DNA of 58,418 nt, the filler included, from Ionaspis alba (lineage: Eukaryota), in assembly GCA_964255285.1 (NCBI GenBank). It is 6 parts of 6 records of this genome, joined end to end, with 100 filler letters (N's around TTAATTAATTAA, not from the genome) between each part and the next. Parts side by side here need not be neighbours in the genome. Positions count along the whole stretch, not along the records: positions 39,056 to 48,700 come from CAXUUL010000659.1; positions 48,801 to 58,418 come from CAXUUL010000660.1; 4 more parts are not named here. One strand, 5' to 3'. This document shows, in pieces, positions 45,972 through 57,922 of the stretch. A program made the translations under genes and the position numbers. The notes under the pieces were generated by a model that made no database searches, was not told the origin of the DNA, and saw only the letters and a list, made by a program, of their open reading frames with translations. Numbering within the stretch: the stretch's first letter is position 1; each line of letters starts with the position of its first letter.

Positions 45972-48700
45972 TTAATCCCAAGCATCTCCCCAGTCGTCAT
46001 CAACCGTACTGTCTTTAGGTTTCGTGTCGATTTCTTTCGCCTTGACAATATGGGGCTTTGATGTAGTAGTCGAAAGCTTCTTGGTACCCGCTCCACTTCC
46101 CACGCTACCCGTAGTTGTAAGCCGCGCAGCAGCAGGCCGTCCACTGCTCGAAGCTGGAGCTTTGGAAAGTCCCTTAGGTAGTGGCGCTTTAGACTTTGCC
46201 TGAGCTTGGGCACTAAGCCAGCCAGCGAAATCTGGCTCACCACCGTCATCAAAAGTAGGAGTTGGCGAGGTTATGGCAGGTGTCACGAGCGCATCAAAGA
46301 AAGAGTCTTCGCCCATCTCTCCCCAAGCTTCGTCTATCTCGTCGTCTTCGGCTTGCGCCTCGCCGAAGAATTGGTCGGTCGTTGTTCGTAACAGCACAGG
46401 AGCAGCAGGCATATTAAGTGCTTTTCGGTGCAGATTCGAAGCGGAGGATGTGCTAGGTCGTGCAGCGTCCATATCCGTTGTTGGCGGGACGGAGGAGGAT
46501 CGAGGTTCTTGTGGAGGTCGAGAAGCATTGTTAATAGGCTTCGCTTCAATATCACCACTGGCCGCAGCGAGCTTGTTTGTGAAGGATGAAACTGCCCAAC
46601 CTGCCCAGGAGGTATCGTTGTGAGGTGTGCCCATCCGTGGCGCGACTCCGTTAGGTGCGTTAGCGGTCGGAGGAGGTAGTACAGTCTCTGGCATTGAATT
46701 GCCATGCTTTCGAACGCGGGTGAGATACACATCCATGGTTTTGCTTGCTTGATCTCGAACAATCCTGGTATGAATTAGTTCAGCTTCTAGGGTGAATGGC
46801 GATCGAGAGTCTCATACTTTTCCTTGTCCAGTAATGACGGGCACAAAGCCGGTAACAGCTTATTAGCACAGTCTTCTTCTGGAAACAAATCGGCTGTGGC
46901 AGCAAGTGCTAGTAGAGCGGCATTACGTGCATGGACAAATGGATCTCTTAAAGATCTGGCAAAGGCGGCGATGAGCACTTTCTGTCGAGTCTGTTATCTC
47001 GTCAGCACAAGTGGCCCCGGACACGACAAGAGAGTCCCACGTTTGCACCCAAATTCCGAGCGATCTTGCCAAGACAAATTGTAGTATTGGTCCGGATTCC
47101 TGGTTGCTCATCATTCGAAGTCTTGGCAAGATACTTCAGTAGTTCCCCATTAATGGTACGGTCAGAAAGTTTAGCAATTATTGTCAGGACAGCTTTGACT
47201 GTCTGTTCGCGAACCACAGGAGCCAGGTCCGTAAAGCCGGTGACCTACTACTTGTCAGCAGAAAGTAGAAATTGGAACATCAAAGAGGCTCACCAATTGT
47301 GGGAATATCTTATCGTTGACCATTTTCGTCGAGAAGTGGTCGATCATTCTAGGCAGGTTGTCGAGAAGACATACACGTATCTGGCGATCCGGACTGGCAA
47401 AAAGTCTTATTATCGCAGGGATAAGTCGTGATTCAAACTCATCGTCAGGAAGCTTTGCACCAATCTTCATGATGAAATTGAAAACCTTAGGCCCACCGCC
47501 TCCAAACTCGACAGATTTTAGAAGCTCTGGAAGTATTTTCATCTTGAAAAAATCTTCGGGGAAGTCTTCTGAGACCTCGTCTAATTCACTATGCTCATAT
47601 CAGCTCAATACTCTGATCAAGGCGACAACTGACAATACCTTAGAAGCTCAGCTCGTTCTGACTCACTCTTCAAGCCCAAGCTATCGACTCCTTCAGACAA
47701 TCTAATCAATGGCGTTTCAAAGAATCCTCCGCTCCTCCGCCCTTGCTCCAAGAAATGGGAAACGCTGAGTCGTGGTTTCGGATTGGCGTTAAGTAATCTT
47801 TTGTAGCTCTGATGTATACTTGGTGGTACATTCTTCGTTTGTCCAACCTGATCACTGCTCCGAGACCCGCCATTGAATACCTCAAAAATCAAAAGACCAT
47901 ATTGATACGAGTCGGCTGCAGAGACTGGACTACGTTTGATTGCATCCCACCCTGTCTTCAATACTTCAGGGGACGCATATCGATTGATGTCGGGGACAAG
48001 ACCTGCATAGGTCTTTTGGCGATGTCAATCCTCGTCTTTCCTTAAAGAATAGCAAGGTCCACATACATAGATAACAGCATCATCCTCTTTCATGGAGGAG
48101 AGAATATCAAGGCCGCCCATTTTCCACTCCCCGCTCTCGCTTGTGAATATTGAGGATATCCGGACATTGCCGTGCACCGACGATGCCTCGTCATTGATGA
48201 ACCTGAGGGTGTTCTGGCTCTGAGGTCAGAGGCAGCTTTGTGGGCAAAACGTCGACCTACTGCGATAGTGAATAAGCCCCATTTCGTAGTCTCGACACTC
48301 AGACTTTTGCGTCTCACATGCCACCCGAGTGGCGTTATCCTCTCTGTTGCAATGTATATGTAGGTCTCTGTCTATGCCGTTATAAGATGACGCTTTCTTC
48401 TACTGATTCGAAATACCGACCTCAACCGTATCAAGAACCTTCACGATTCCAGGATGCCTCAGGGTTCTTAACTTTCGCACAGCATTCTTTGCCAGTGGTA
48501 ACCGTGATTTATTGGTGGTGATATCGAAGCTCAAAATACTGCAATTCGAGCCATCTTCCTGGTCGAACAGTATTTTAGAATGTGGACACTCTCGGACCTT
48601 CAAGTGAGTTCCTTACCCGTCTAGTGCCATTATAGAGAGCCCAGATGGACTCTTCCAAGTCGATTTTGTCGCCAAAGGAATACGGAAATGGAGGGCCTTT
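45972..48700 (-). CDS. CEX1: SCY1-like pseudokinase with HEAT repeats, Cex1/SCYL1 (5' truncated), multi-exon
   Basis: PPFPYSFG, AKNAVRKLRTLRHPGIVKVLD, KILPELLKSVEFGGGG, DEQPGIRTNTTICLGKIA, RSLRDPFVHARNA, WAGWAVSSF, C-terminal DDDWGDAWD. Confidence 0.92.
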
Positions 48701-48800
48701 NNNNNNNNNNNNNNNNNNNNNNNNNNNNNNNNNNNNNNNNNNNNTTAATTAATTAANNNNNNNNNNNNNNNNNNNNNNNNNNNNNNNNNNNNNNNNNNNN
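48701..48800. other. Artificial contig linker
   Basis: N44-TTAATTAATTAA-N44. Confidence 0.98.
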
Positions 48801-48842
48801 GTGAAAGGGTTGAAGGGAAGGGAGGGGTGAAGGGGAACGGAC

Positions 48843-48884
48843 GAAGGAGAGGGCGATAATGGTTTTGAGGCCGGCGGCGGCCAT
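48843..48884 (-). CDS. VPS55: First exon of vacuolar protein sorting 55 (remainder beyond contig end)
   Basis: ACCATGG context; MAAAGLKTIIALSF followed by a GT donor matches the fungal Vps55 N-terminus; missed by the ORF track. Confidence 0.75.
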
Positions 48885-49488
48885 GGTAGCGGAGATGGGA
48901 GCTGCTGGATGGTAATGGGATGGGGGCGGGTGTGAGAGATGAGGTTAGGCGGCTGCGCGCCGGCAAGGCTAGGCTGGTGGGTCGATGGCAAGAAGCTGAT
49001 ATTCGGAATTGCGTTGCAGGTATTTGCGTAAAGTATCGATAATGCGGAGGATAGAACGGCTGGCTGGTACAATATGGGTGAGATTTGATTCTGGCTGGAG
49101 CTTTGGATGGAGTGATGCGGCTATTGCTTGGCGATCATGGCGAGAAGGTGAGATGCGCTAGGCTTAATTGGGTCGAGATGCTACCTTTCTAGCGGGGTTT
49201 GATTGTACGAATGGATCACTTGTTACTGGAAATGGAGTTATGATGAGCGCAGTAGCATTTTTTTCTCATCGATCAAGCCATGCACATATGCTTCTGAAGC
49301 CTCCTACACCACACGGATAAGCTCCACCTCATGATCCCATAACTCATCAGATCATAGCCCCCAATACTCTCCTCATAGATTGTAAACTACCGCGCAAATA
49401 TCCCGATCATACCAGATAACATCAATGAACACCATCGCTCCCCATATGGTACAACATCGCAGACTCCCTACTCTTACTACCCAACCGC

Positions 49489-51023
49489 TCAAAGTCGATT
49501 GTCATACTGCTCAAACTCCCTCCCCACCAGAATGCCCCTGACCGGAACAGCCCTTCCCTTTTCCAAGTCGGAGCTGCCATATATAGACCCTCCAGAAGAC
49601 GTATTTGTCCACGACGCCTTGTATCTTGGGGCCTGGTTCATCATGTAGTTGTCCGAGGTCTTGCGCAGGTGTTCCTGGTCGGTCGAATGGGATGGAGAGC
49701 TAGACTTTCTCGACGAGTGTAGTGAAGAGGGAAGGGAGAAAACGGAGCGAAAGCCACTGAGGAGGTGGGCGGGGACGTTGTTGAATAGAAGGCGGAGGGT
49801 CGGAAGACAGGCTGCGACGACACCGAGGCCGAGCTCGACCATCGACCAGTAGAGGAGTTCGGTTATGGTTCCTGGAGATTGATTGTCAGTGTTGTAAGGG
49901 AATTCTTGGCTAAGGTCTTTGACTCACCGTTTCTGTCAGGCGGTGGGTAGACTCCTCCTGCATAGAGGTGATGAGCTACAACTCAATTGACGATGAGTGG
50001 AGACGTACCATAGATAGCTCGGAGGTAGATAGCCATGCGCACAATAGATGCAGCCAGTGCTCTATTCATAGTCAGTACATATCATGTTTTCTGGAACCTC
50101 CTTCAGTACTTACAAGATTCCGAGGAGAAAGACGCAGCTAACGGCAAATTTGCGTCTAGTTGACATGTGTAATTGCCAGACCTGTAGACAAGTGGATTAG
50201 CTACTGACACTAGTCATCACACTAAGGGTAATGCTAGAGCCGGTGAACGTCACTTACCATTGGCAAAGGTAGACACAAGATCATAACATCAGTGATGACA
50301 TCCGAGATGACAAAGCCTTGAGCAAGCTGGAGCGTCTTGACGCAATACTTGATGAGGTTCTGCGCTGAGCCGAAGAGAGCCCAGAAACTGCCGCCGCATT
50401 CAAAGACAAGGGCCAGGGTGAAACCTATGGTCCAAAGCAGGGTAATAACGATCATAAACTTGGTCGCCATATCGAAGAGACCTTTGGAGAAGCTACAGAA
50501 GATGCGACGATAGAAGAAGATGATGCTGAGCTTCACTAGACCAAAGCCGGGTAGCGATAGGCATAGGAAGATGTACTCGCTCTAGGGGAAGACCGTATTA
50601 GCTGACATTGGGTACTGCGCAGTCGCCAGATCTGGATTTCGTCACCTTCGTCACAAGCTTAGTCCGCTCATCGCCGCCTGGTGTACCAGGAGTAGGAGTT
50701 GCACGACCCAATCCGCCACCGACTACGCCTGGATGAACGTCAGCTAAGAGTAGCTTAACGAGAGGCTGGGGTAGAGGTACTTACCCCATATCATGACACC
50801 GCCCAAGGCGATAGTTATAGCCTGGCAGGCAGTGATTCAGCAAAGCAGGGTCCTAACTTCATGACTTGGTCTTTCCTACCAGAGCTGGAATAAGGAGCCA
50901 ATCATCCCATGAAAGTTGCGACTTCTGGCTACGACGAGTATAGAAACGTAGAGTGACAGCAAAAATGGCTAAGACCGGGAAAACAATGCTCACAGCAAGC
51001 GTACTCTCAGGATTAGCGTACAT
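49489..51023 (-). CDS. PTH11-like integral membrane receptor (fungal rhodopsin domain, no CFEM), about 8 exons
   Basis: AVTLRFYTR, WDDWLL, VKLSIIFFYRRIF, DVITDVMILCLPLPM|VWQLHMSTRRKFAV, ASIVRM, WSMVELGLGVVAACLPTLR. Confidence 0.92.
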
Positions 51024-52508
51024 GGTGCTGAGATTGAAGACCAGAGGCCTCGAAGAAATCGAGGTACTTTAGATGAGAACGTGGATGATTTCGGAAGGAC
51101 CACTTAGAAGGGGCACATGGGTACATATAAAAGCATAAAGCGGGGAGGAAGTGCCCTAATCATAAGAGATTATAAGAGAGGGGCGTAATCACTCCGAGAT
51201 AAGGTCAATATACATACACCCACACTTCACTCGCAAGATGAGCAGAAAACAGCGCGGCAGACGACGTCGAGTATGCTGCAAATAAGCGGCATGAATGAGG
51301 CCATCGTCCTCTTGAACTCGAAAAGGCGGGAACGATTGGTGATGGTGGTTGACGTAGGAAGCCCACCCACTTATTCCCGCACGGCTGACAAGAGCTAAAG
51401 TCTATGTATATGCTCGTTGAGGAAAGCGCGCCTGACAGTCAAGCGTCTTGGCTTTCTTGTTACTCGGAAATGATCAGGTAAAGTACCCGAAGAACATCGC
51501 AGAAATGAGTATCTAGAGCCATGACTCTATAAAGCATTTCCACAGCGAAATCCTCAAAACCACGCGTAGTACAACGGCTGCCACGCGCAGTACCGATCAT
51601 GCTGTACAACAAAACCGCACTCCAAGGTCCCGAGAGCAACACACCCTCTTGGATGTCGAACAGTCCTCGAAAGGAACAATCATCAGCTCTGCCGTCATTC
51701 TGCGTCGCACGAGGCTGCGGCGTAAGAAAGATCCATGTCGCGATAGCTGCAGAGTAACCATAGCTCGGGTACTCTGGACAGCCAATGAGATGCGAGAAAA
51801 GAGGATTTTTGAGGCAATGGTAATTGTTTTGGGAAGGTGTCACTGGAACGATCAGACGAAAGGGGATTTATAAGACGACAAGGCATGTTATCGACTGATG
51901 ATGAAGCAAAAGGCGCTGTTTGACCGGCGTCGTTGACGGCACGATCCGTGATGCCACTTACGTAGTGTTGGCTTTGCTCTAGCGGAACGACCCGCTGGAA
52001 GGCACCCGGGGCGCCATCTCGATTAGCGGCAATCCATCCAAGTGGATGAAGAGCAGTCTCGTAAATGGGACGAGCTATTAGCTCCTCGATAACGGCAATA
52101 ATGGGCATACTTTTCTTGCGTGTGCCTGAGTAACCGTTCTGTCAATCGCGTGGAAGCACGCAGTATGCCACTTGCCGATATGCTATCAACAGGCCTCTTA
52201 TGACGCTAAGCTCGAGGTATATGCAAGTACCCAAAGGCGACAGGTACGGAATTGAGCTTGACCTCATCTGCGCTCCATTACAGCACTGCGCTGCAGAAAA
52301 TCGCTTCTAAGAATCCGTGTAGGAAGCTCGTATGAGGCATCAAAGGGTGATATACACAGCTTGAAACAACTCCTACCAAGTATTGTTGTTGCCTGATGTG
52401 ACACACTGCTTCGTCACAAGTGTTCACAAGGCGCCAGAGAAGAGTCTCTCTGCTCAATCACACAGCACAATCAATTCTCCTGTCCATTATCGAAGACTAC
52501 TATACACG

Positions 52509-53854
52509 ATGTCTTTCCAAGAGCATCTCAAGCGCTTCGTTCTCCCTCTTACTCGTCGGCAACGGCCTACAGCACTGCCCACCTCAAAACCATCCTCAAT
52601 CCTCTTGACCGATTTACCGCTCGAAATTCTACGCTTAATATGCGATGCCATTCCTGAACAATGCCCAGATGGTATAGATCTTCCACATTTCAAGCCTATA
52701 GACGGCCTTTCTAGGACGAACAGAATGTTCCGAGAGCTTTCTCTACCGATCTTGTTCCGGACTATCGCTATCAGGGGCGATTGGGGTCGTGCTTATAAAT
52801 GTATCCTCGAAATGGAGCGGCCTCCGGATGTTGCACGCTACATTAGGTTGCTGAGTCCTTGATATTCGCTACTATCCAGAATCTGACGTGGTGCCAGGAC
52901 ATTTGTCTTCGACGTGGCGGATTTGAAGCCGGTAGGAGATGTTGAATTCACGCAACTATCCCTGATTCTACCAAGATTAATAAAGAAGATGGAGCTACTG
53001 GAGCATTTGGTACTGGTGATAACACCATCTCATGTATCGGTCGTAGAAGCCGACCTACGATACGCTGGAGTAGTGCTACCCACTGTCAAAACATTGGTAG
53101 TAGGCCCGTACTGCCATTTCGCCGTTCACCTGTGTCCCAACGCCACCGCCATATCGGGCAATGGATGGGGTTGGATATTTGGACGCTTCGGCCAGAATTG
53201 GGAAAAAGACCCCATGATGAAACTAATCCGAGCAGCTGGGACGGCCAAGATGATCACGCATTTCGGGGCAACGCAACAGTGGTCCATGGAGCCGCTCAGT
53301 AGTGCGTGCATGGCCATCATTTTGGCCTCTTTGTACTCTACCCAACATTTTGCTAATTTTCAGAAGCTATATTGACCCTTTTACCCTGTCTAACCAGTCT
53401 GTCACTGGAAGGTCGTTACCATGTCAACGTCGTGGTGTGTATCTCATCTCAAGCATGCCTCTTTGTGTACTGCCTCTTACATTTGCAGTAGTGGCTCTCT
53501 AGCATATTACGCGGATTACACGACTTACAGGTGCTGGTCCTAGGAGGTGTGGAACATCTCAATGTCGGCTGGATTGCACCATCGGAAGGGATCGTCTACA
53601 TAGGTTCTGACGGACGTCCACTTCGTGATGCCGTTACGAGAAGTCGCGAAGAAGCCGAGATGAAAGTTGCAAATATCGTGGTTCCAGCTTGCGTTAAATT
53701 GAAGACATTATGGATTGGTGATTGGAGAAGGGTTGATGTGGTACGAGATGACGATGGCAAGGTCTTGTCGTTGGGTTGGAATACTATTTGGAGACGATAT
53801 GAGCCTGGCAGCATCTTTGGGGGTGATGCAAGGTTGCCATTCATTAATATATAA
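52509..53854 (+). CDS. F-box-like/LRR-like hypothetical protein, paralog A
   Basis: LTDLPLEILRLIC...LSRTNRMFRELSLPILFRTI; LPTVKTLVVGPYCHFAVHLCPN; CVKLKTLWIGD; three introns. Confidence 0.7.
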
Positions 53855-54308
53855 TTGAATAAAATCGTCAGTATGGGGTAATGCTGAGTATTCTTGCGCT
53901 CTGATACTTTCTGACCTTGAGGCCGCTCGTCGCCTATTTGATGGCTTGACTCGGGATACGCTTTAGCGCTGTCGGGCGCAACCTTCTGGGGCCAACATAT
54001 GTCTCAAAAGCTACTCTCGCTGCGTAATTTCTATCACGAGATTCTCCCCGGTACCGTGTCTTTTGCGTGGGAGAGATTGTTTTCCTTTCATGCTGCTCTG
54101 GCAATTTTAAGCTTACATCTACTGGGTGGTCTTACGGAAACTATGCAATGGTTACAGTTGTTCTCTGATGCCACTACAAGCATGTCTTAAAGGCTGGTCC
54201 AGTTACATCGTTGGTAGTGTTATCCAGTGGCCTGATTTCCTCTCCTTTAGTTGGCCTGGTATTTCTTCTTGAAGTCTGACAGTGAATCCTGCTGATTGGA
54301 TCATCGCT

Positions 54309-55549
54309 ATGGCGTCTCCATCCCTTTCTTTGACGGACCTTAATCACGATGTCCTAAGTTTGATCTGTCAGGCTGTAGCTGAACGAGATCTTAATTACCC
54401 TGTCAGTGTCAGAGGTCCCAAGCCAGTGGACGGTCTATCGAAGACAAACAAGATGCTGCGAGAACTCTGCTTGCCTAGCCTGTTTGAGACGATCACGATT
54501 AGGAATGATTGGGTTCGTGCTAGGCACTACGTCGAGAAGCTAGCAGAGACATCTAACATAGTTCGTTATATGAGGTCTGCTAAAGTTCGTCCTCTGTAGT
54601 AGATCAGCAGGTCCTGATGACAGCATAGGACCTTCAAATTTGACGCATCTCAATGCAAATACGAACCGCCCTCGTCCTACTCACTGGAGCCTAAACTGGC
54701 CAGGCTGATAGGCTCAATACATAGCCTACAGAAACTGGTGCTAGTAATACCTGACCGCATCGTGGTTCCCTTTGCGAAGGAATTCCAGAAGGCCAATGTA
54801 ATCTTGCCTAAGGTAGAAACACTTGTGGTCGGCCCTAACTGCCACTTTGCCGTGAAGATGTGTCCTAATGTTCGGATCATCTCGACGAATGGATGGCAAT
54901 GGTTCCATCATGCTCGATACGGCTCACAGCCAAGTTCCGACCTGATCCAAGCTGCGAGTGGTGCTACACGACTCGTACACTTCGAAATGACTGAATATTG
55001 GAGTGTCGCACTTTTCGAGTGTAAGTCGGGGTCCTTAGCTACATGTCTTTTAACCCACATTGTTGATTGTTGTAATCCGCAGTGTTACAACGCTTCCATC
55101 CCCATATCCCCGTTCTCGCATTGAGTGACGGAAGTCTTGGCGAGCCACTCCAGGTAATGGCCATTCAGAAGTTCAAGGACATCTCCAGCAGGAAATTTTC
55201 TTCTAACCTAGACTCACAGAACTTCCTTCCAGCCTTATCTAGATTCACTAGGCTCGAGAAACTTGTGCTGCCGCCTGCTGAAGGACTCAAGCTCGGACTC
55301 GATAGATCAAATTATAGGGACGTCTCATGCTCAGGTGATACCAAACTCCTCTCAAGGATCATTCACGAAGGAAGTATGGTATCGGTCGTGGCTGTGAATA
55401 TGATAGTACCTTATTGTCCCAAATTGAAGATTCTCTGGATTGGAGATCGAGAGAAAGCTGAAGTTGTCCGAGGAGAGAATGGAGAGATGAAAGATTTGGA
55501 GTGGGTCTCTGAGCGTAGAGATCTGGTTGTGTCGTTTCCGGAGCCATAA
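54309..55549 (+). CDS. F-box-like/LRR-like hypothetical protein, paralog B
   Basis: LTDLNHDVLSLIC...LSKTNKMLRELCLPSLFETI; LPKVETLVVGPNCHFAVKMCPN; CPKLKILWIGD; introns at positions equivalent to paralog A. Confidence 0.75.
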
Positions 55550-55834
55550 ATGCCAATGGACCCCATGAGTATAACATTTCCTCAACCCAGGGCTCCAAGA
55601 GCTCACAACGGCTGTCAACAGTCGTATGCCAGGAAGTGAAGAGCTGGGGACACCCAGATTTGTCTCTGTTATCTTTACTACTATGCTCAATCAACCCACC
55701 ACCACACGTTCCGAACTCCTTTCCGACATTCCGCCAATGTCAACAAATCACGCTCGAACAGAGCACAATATTTGCACCTTCTGTGACCACCTCGCCAAGG
55801 CTCGAAAGCAATAATTACTGTTTTATTGTGTTCC

Positions 55835-56892
55835 TTAACTTTCGTCACTTGGTGCTAGAGATGATCCATGCCTCTCCTCAGAGTCACTCGGTCCATCAAA
55901 CTGCCATTGGAAGCCAGGACCGATTCCATTCGCCATCCGAGGTGCTGGCGGTGCACTGTATGCGGTACGGCTCTTGCCAGGAATATTCAAGGGACTGGGG
56001 CGAGTTTGGGGAGTGAATGATGATGAAGAGCTTGACGATTCTGATGAGGACGGGCTCCACAATTCATAGGAAGGCTCCGTAGATGATAAGGATCGCTCCG
56101 TTGAATAAACACCGTTCGCGTACCGGTGTTGTTGTCGAATTAGCGCTAGAGTTGTGGAGAGATTCTCTTGGATTTTCAGCTGTTCCTTTGCTATCTCTAA
56201 GATGTGGTCCGCGTGCTTTCTCGCTACTGAAGCCTGTCGCACCATTCCGTAGCGCTGTCGGAGCTTTTGGTTTTCTTTCATGAGGGATTTTGTGATCACT
56301 CTCTCGTTGTGGATTTGATTCCTGAGAGCATGACTGTGTCGGCAGGTCAACATGCTGAGATGGTGTGGCAAAGCAGACTGGGGCCTAACATTTCTAACTC
56401 CAATTCTGAATTATTTCCACTGCCGGACATTCTTTCAAGCAAAATGCTGAGCTCGATTGTGCTTATCATCAAGCTTAGACTCGACTTGGACGATTCAAGG
56501 TCTGATTTGAGCACCAACACCTTGCTCTTCTTAAAGTGCCATCGAAGACGAGCGAAGCCTCGGTCAAACCTGGTCATAGTTTCAGGAGATTTGAGTGGTT
56601 CGAGGTCGTCCAGGAAGTCTTCGAGCTCGTTGACGATCGAATCGGCACGCTTCATCGTGGAATCTTTGAGCCCCTGCTGCTCGATGGTCCGCCACAACTT
56701 CGCCTGTGATTCATCAAGTATACCATCGAGTAGGCGTAGACTACCAGAAAATTCCGAGGTAGCATTAGCGATATTATCGACCTCCTTTCGTGCGTACTTG
56801 AGGCTCTTAGCACAACTTATCAGCATAGTACAACAACGAGTTAGTGTAGCTGCGATAGTGATAATCGATGACCCTGCAGCGAGTACCTCCAT
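55835..56892 (-). CDS. Protein with fungal N-terminal helical (HeLo-like/STAND N-terminal type) domain plus coiled coil
   Basis: MEVLAAGSSIITIAA hydrophobic first helix; ARKEVDNIA; RLRWHFKKSKV..L..DLESSKSSLSLM; GTTAGG...ACAG intron joining to HALRNQ. Confidence 0.7.
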
Positions 56893-57517
56893 TGCTCTCA
56901 GGCCATTTATACAAACGAACGGCAGTGAGATTATTCGATCTGTGCATTGGAGAATCAAATTTTTGTAATTTCATCTTGTCGGAATTCATTTAGCTGTAAA
57001 TAAGAAAACAAGGGCGGGGTTGGTACATCATGCAGGGTTGAAGTGGCTTAGTCGCTGTACGCTCCATGTGAGGCTGCCTATCAGGAGAGGAGGCTCTGCT
57101 GCAGAGACGCTTTGTGCTCATCAAGCAGCTTTGAACCTGGGGTTAGGGTTTGATGACCGCTTGCAAATAATAATCTCAATCGCCCCGAACTCGTCGCTTT
57201 CGAATCATCAATGGAATCTCGGAAGAGAAACGAGAACAGAAGCAATACATGATGTTCTTATCCAATAGCGGCTACCTTGCAAGCATACGCAATATCTGGG
57301 ATATCTGAACCTAATTCGAGCACCGCAAACACGATGATAAGAACCAAAGACACATTCAGCACATCATTTCTTGCTGTAAGTATGTATATGCTCTCAACCT
57401 CTTTGCTTTGCTCTTCCTTCCCTTCGCGTTCTGACTGATTCCCCATCCTTCCTTACCATCTCCCAATCTCCCAGCTCTCCTTCTTACTAGACTGCCATTC
57501 CGCCACTTCCCCTTCCT

Positions 57518-57922
57518 TCACACGAGCTCACAAACCGGATATGGATCACTCCCCCCTGAACTAACACACCTCATATTCTGACTACTCCCCATCTTAGTCC
57601 AGACACCCCTGGTCTGGCCTCTTCCACCGGGTGAATGGTATTCCCTATCGGCAAAGGTGAAGCCATCAAGGGCCGACGACCCGTACTGGGAGAAAGCAGC
57701 CAGGTTGCGCTGGGTGCACTTGACGCGTTTGTCGTGCGGTGTGGCGTTCTGCCAGTTCCAGAAGTAGCAGAGGTTAGGCGCCGTGGAGGAGCCGGCGTCG
57801 GTGGTGTATCGCATTGTCCACGGGGTCTGGTTGTAGACTGTGCCGGCGAGGGTGGGGAAGATGTGGAGGAGGAGGAGGAAGAAGATGGCGCCGAGGAGGG
57901 TGAAGGGCTTAAAGGTCGTCAT
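57518..57922 (-). CDS. Small secreted protein, 134 aa, 4 Cys (effector-like)
   Basis: Signal peptide MTTFKPFTLLGAIFFLLLLHIFPTLA|G; intronless; four Cys in the mature part; DGFTFADREY and GVWTK blocks. Confidence 0.8.
   Translation of the reverse strand: MTTFKPFTLLGAIFFLLLLHIFPTLAGTVYNQTPWTMRYTTDAGSSTAPNLCYFWNWQNATPHDKRVKCTQRNLAAFSQYGSSALDGFTFADREYHSPGGRGQTRGVWTKMGSSQNMRCVSSGGSDPYPVCELV

Noticed and set aside
49240..49297. C/D box snoRNA candidate (ATGATGA...CTGA) with 18S-like words AAGCCATGCA and CATATGCTT
   Set aside because: The words are sense, not antisense, to 18S on the box-bearing strand, and the unit is short; treated as chance
51695..52108. 137-aa minus-strand ORF with a possible GTAAGT donor
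   Set aside because: No recognisable domain or convincing spliced model; not supportable as a gene
57141..57150. GGTTAGGGTT telomere-like word
   Set aside because: Under two repeat units in a small intergenic gap; expected by chance
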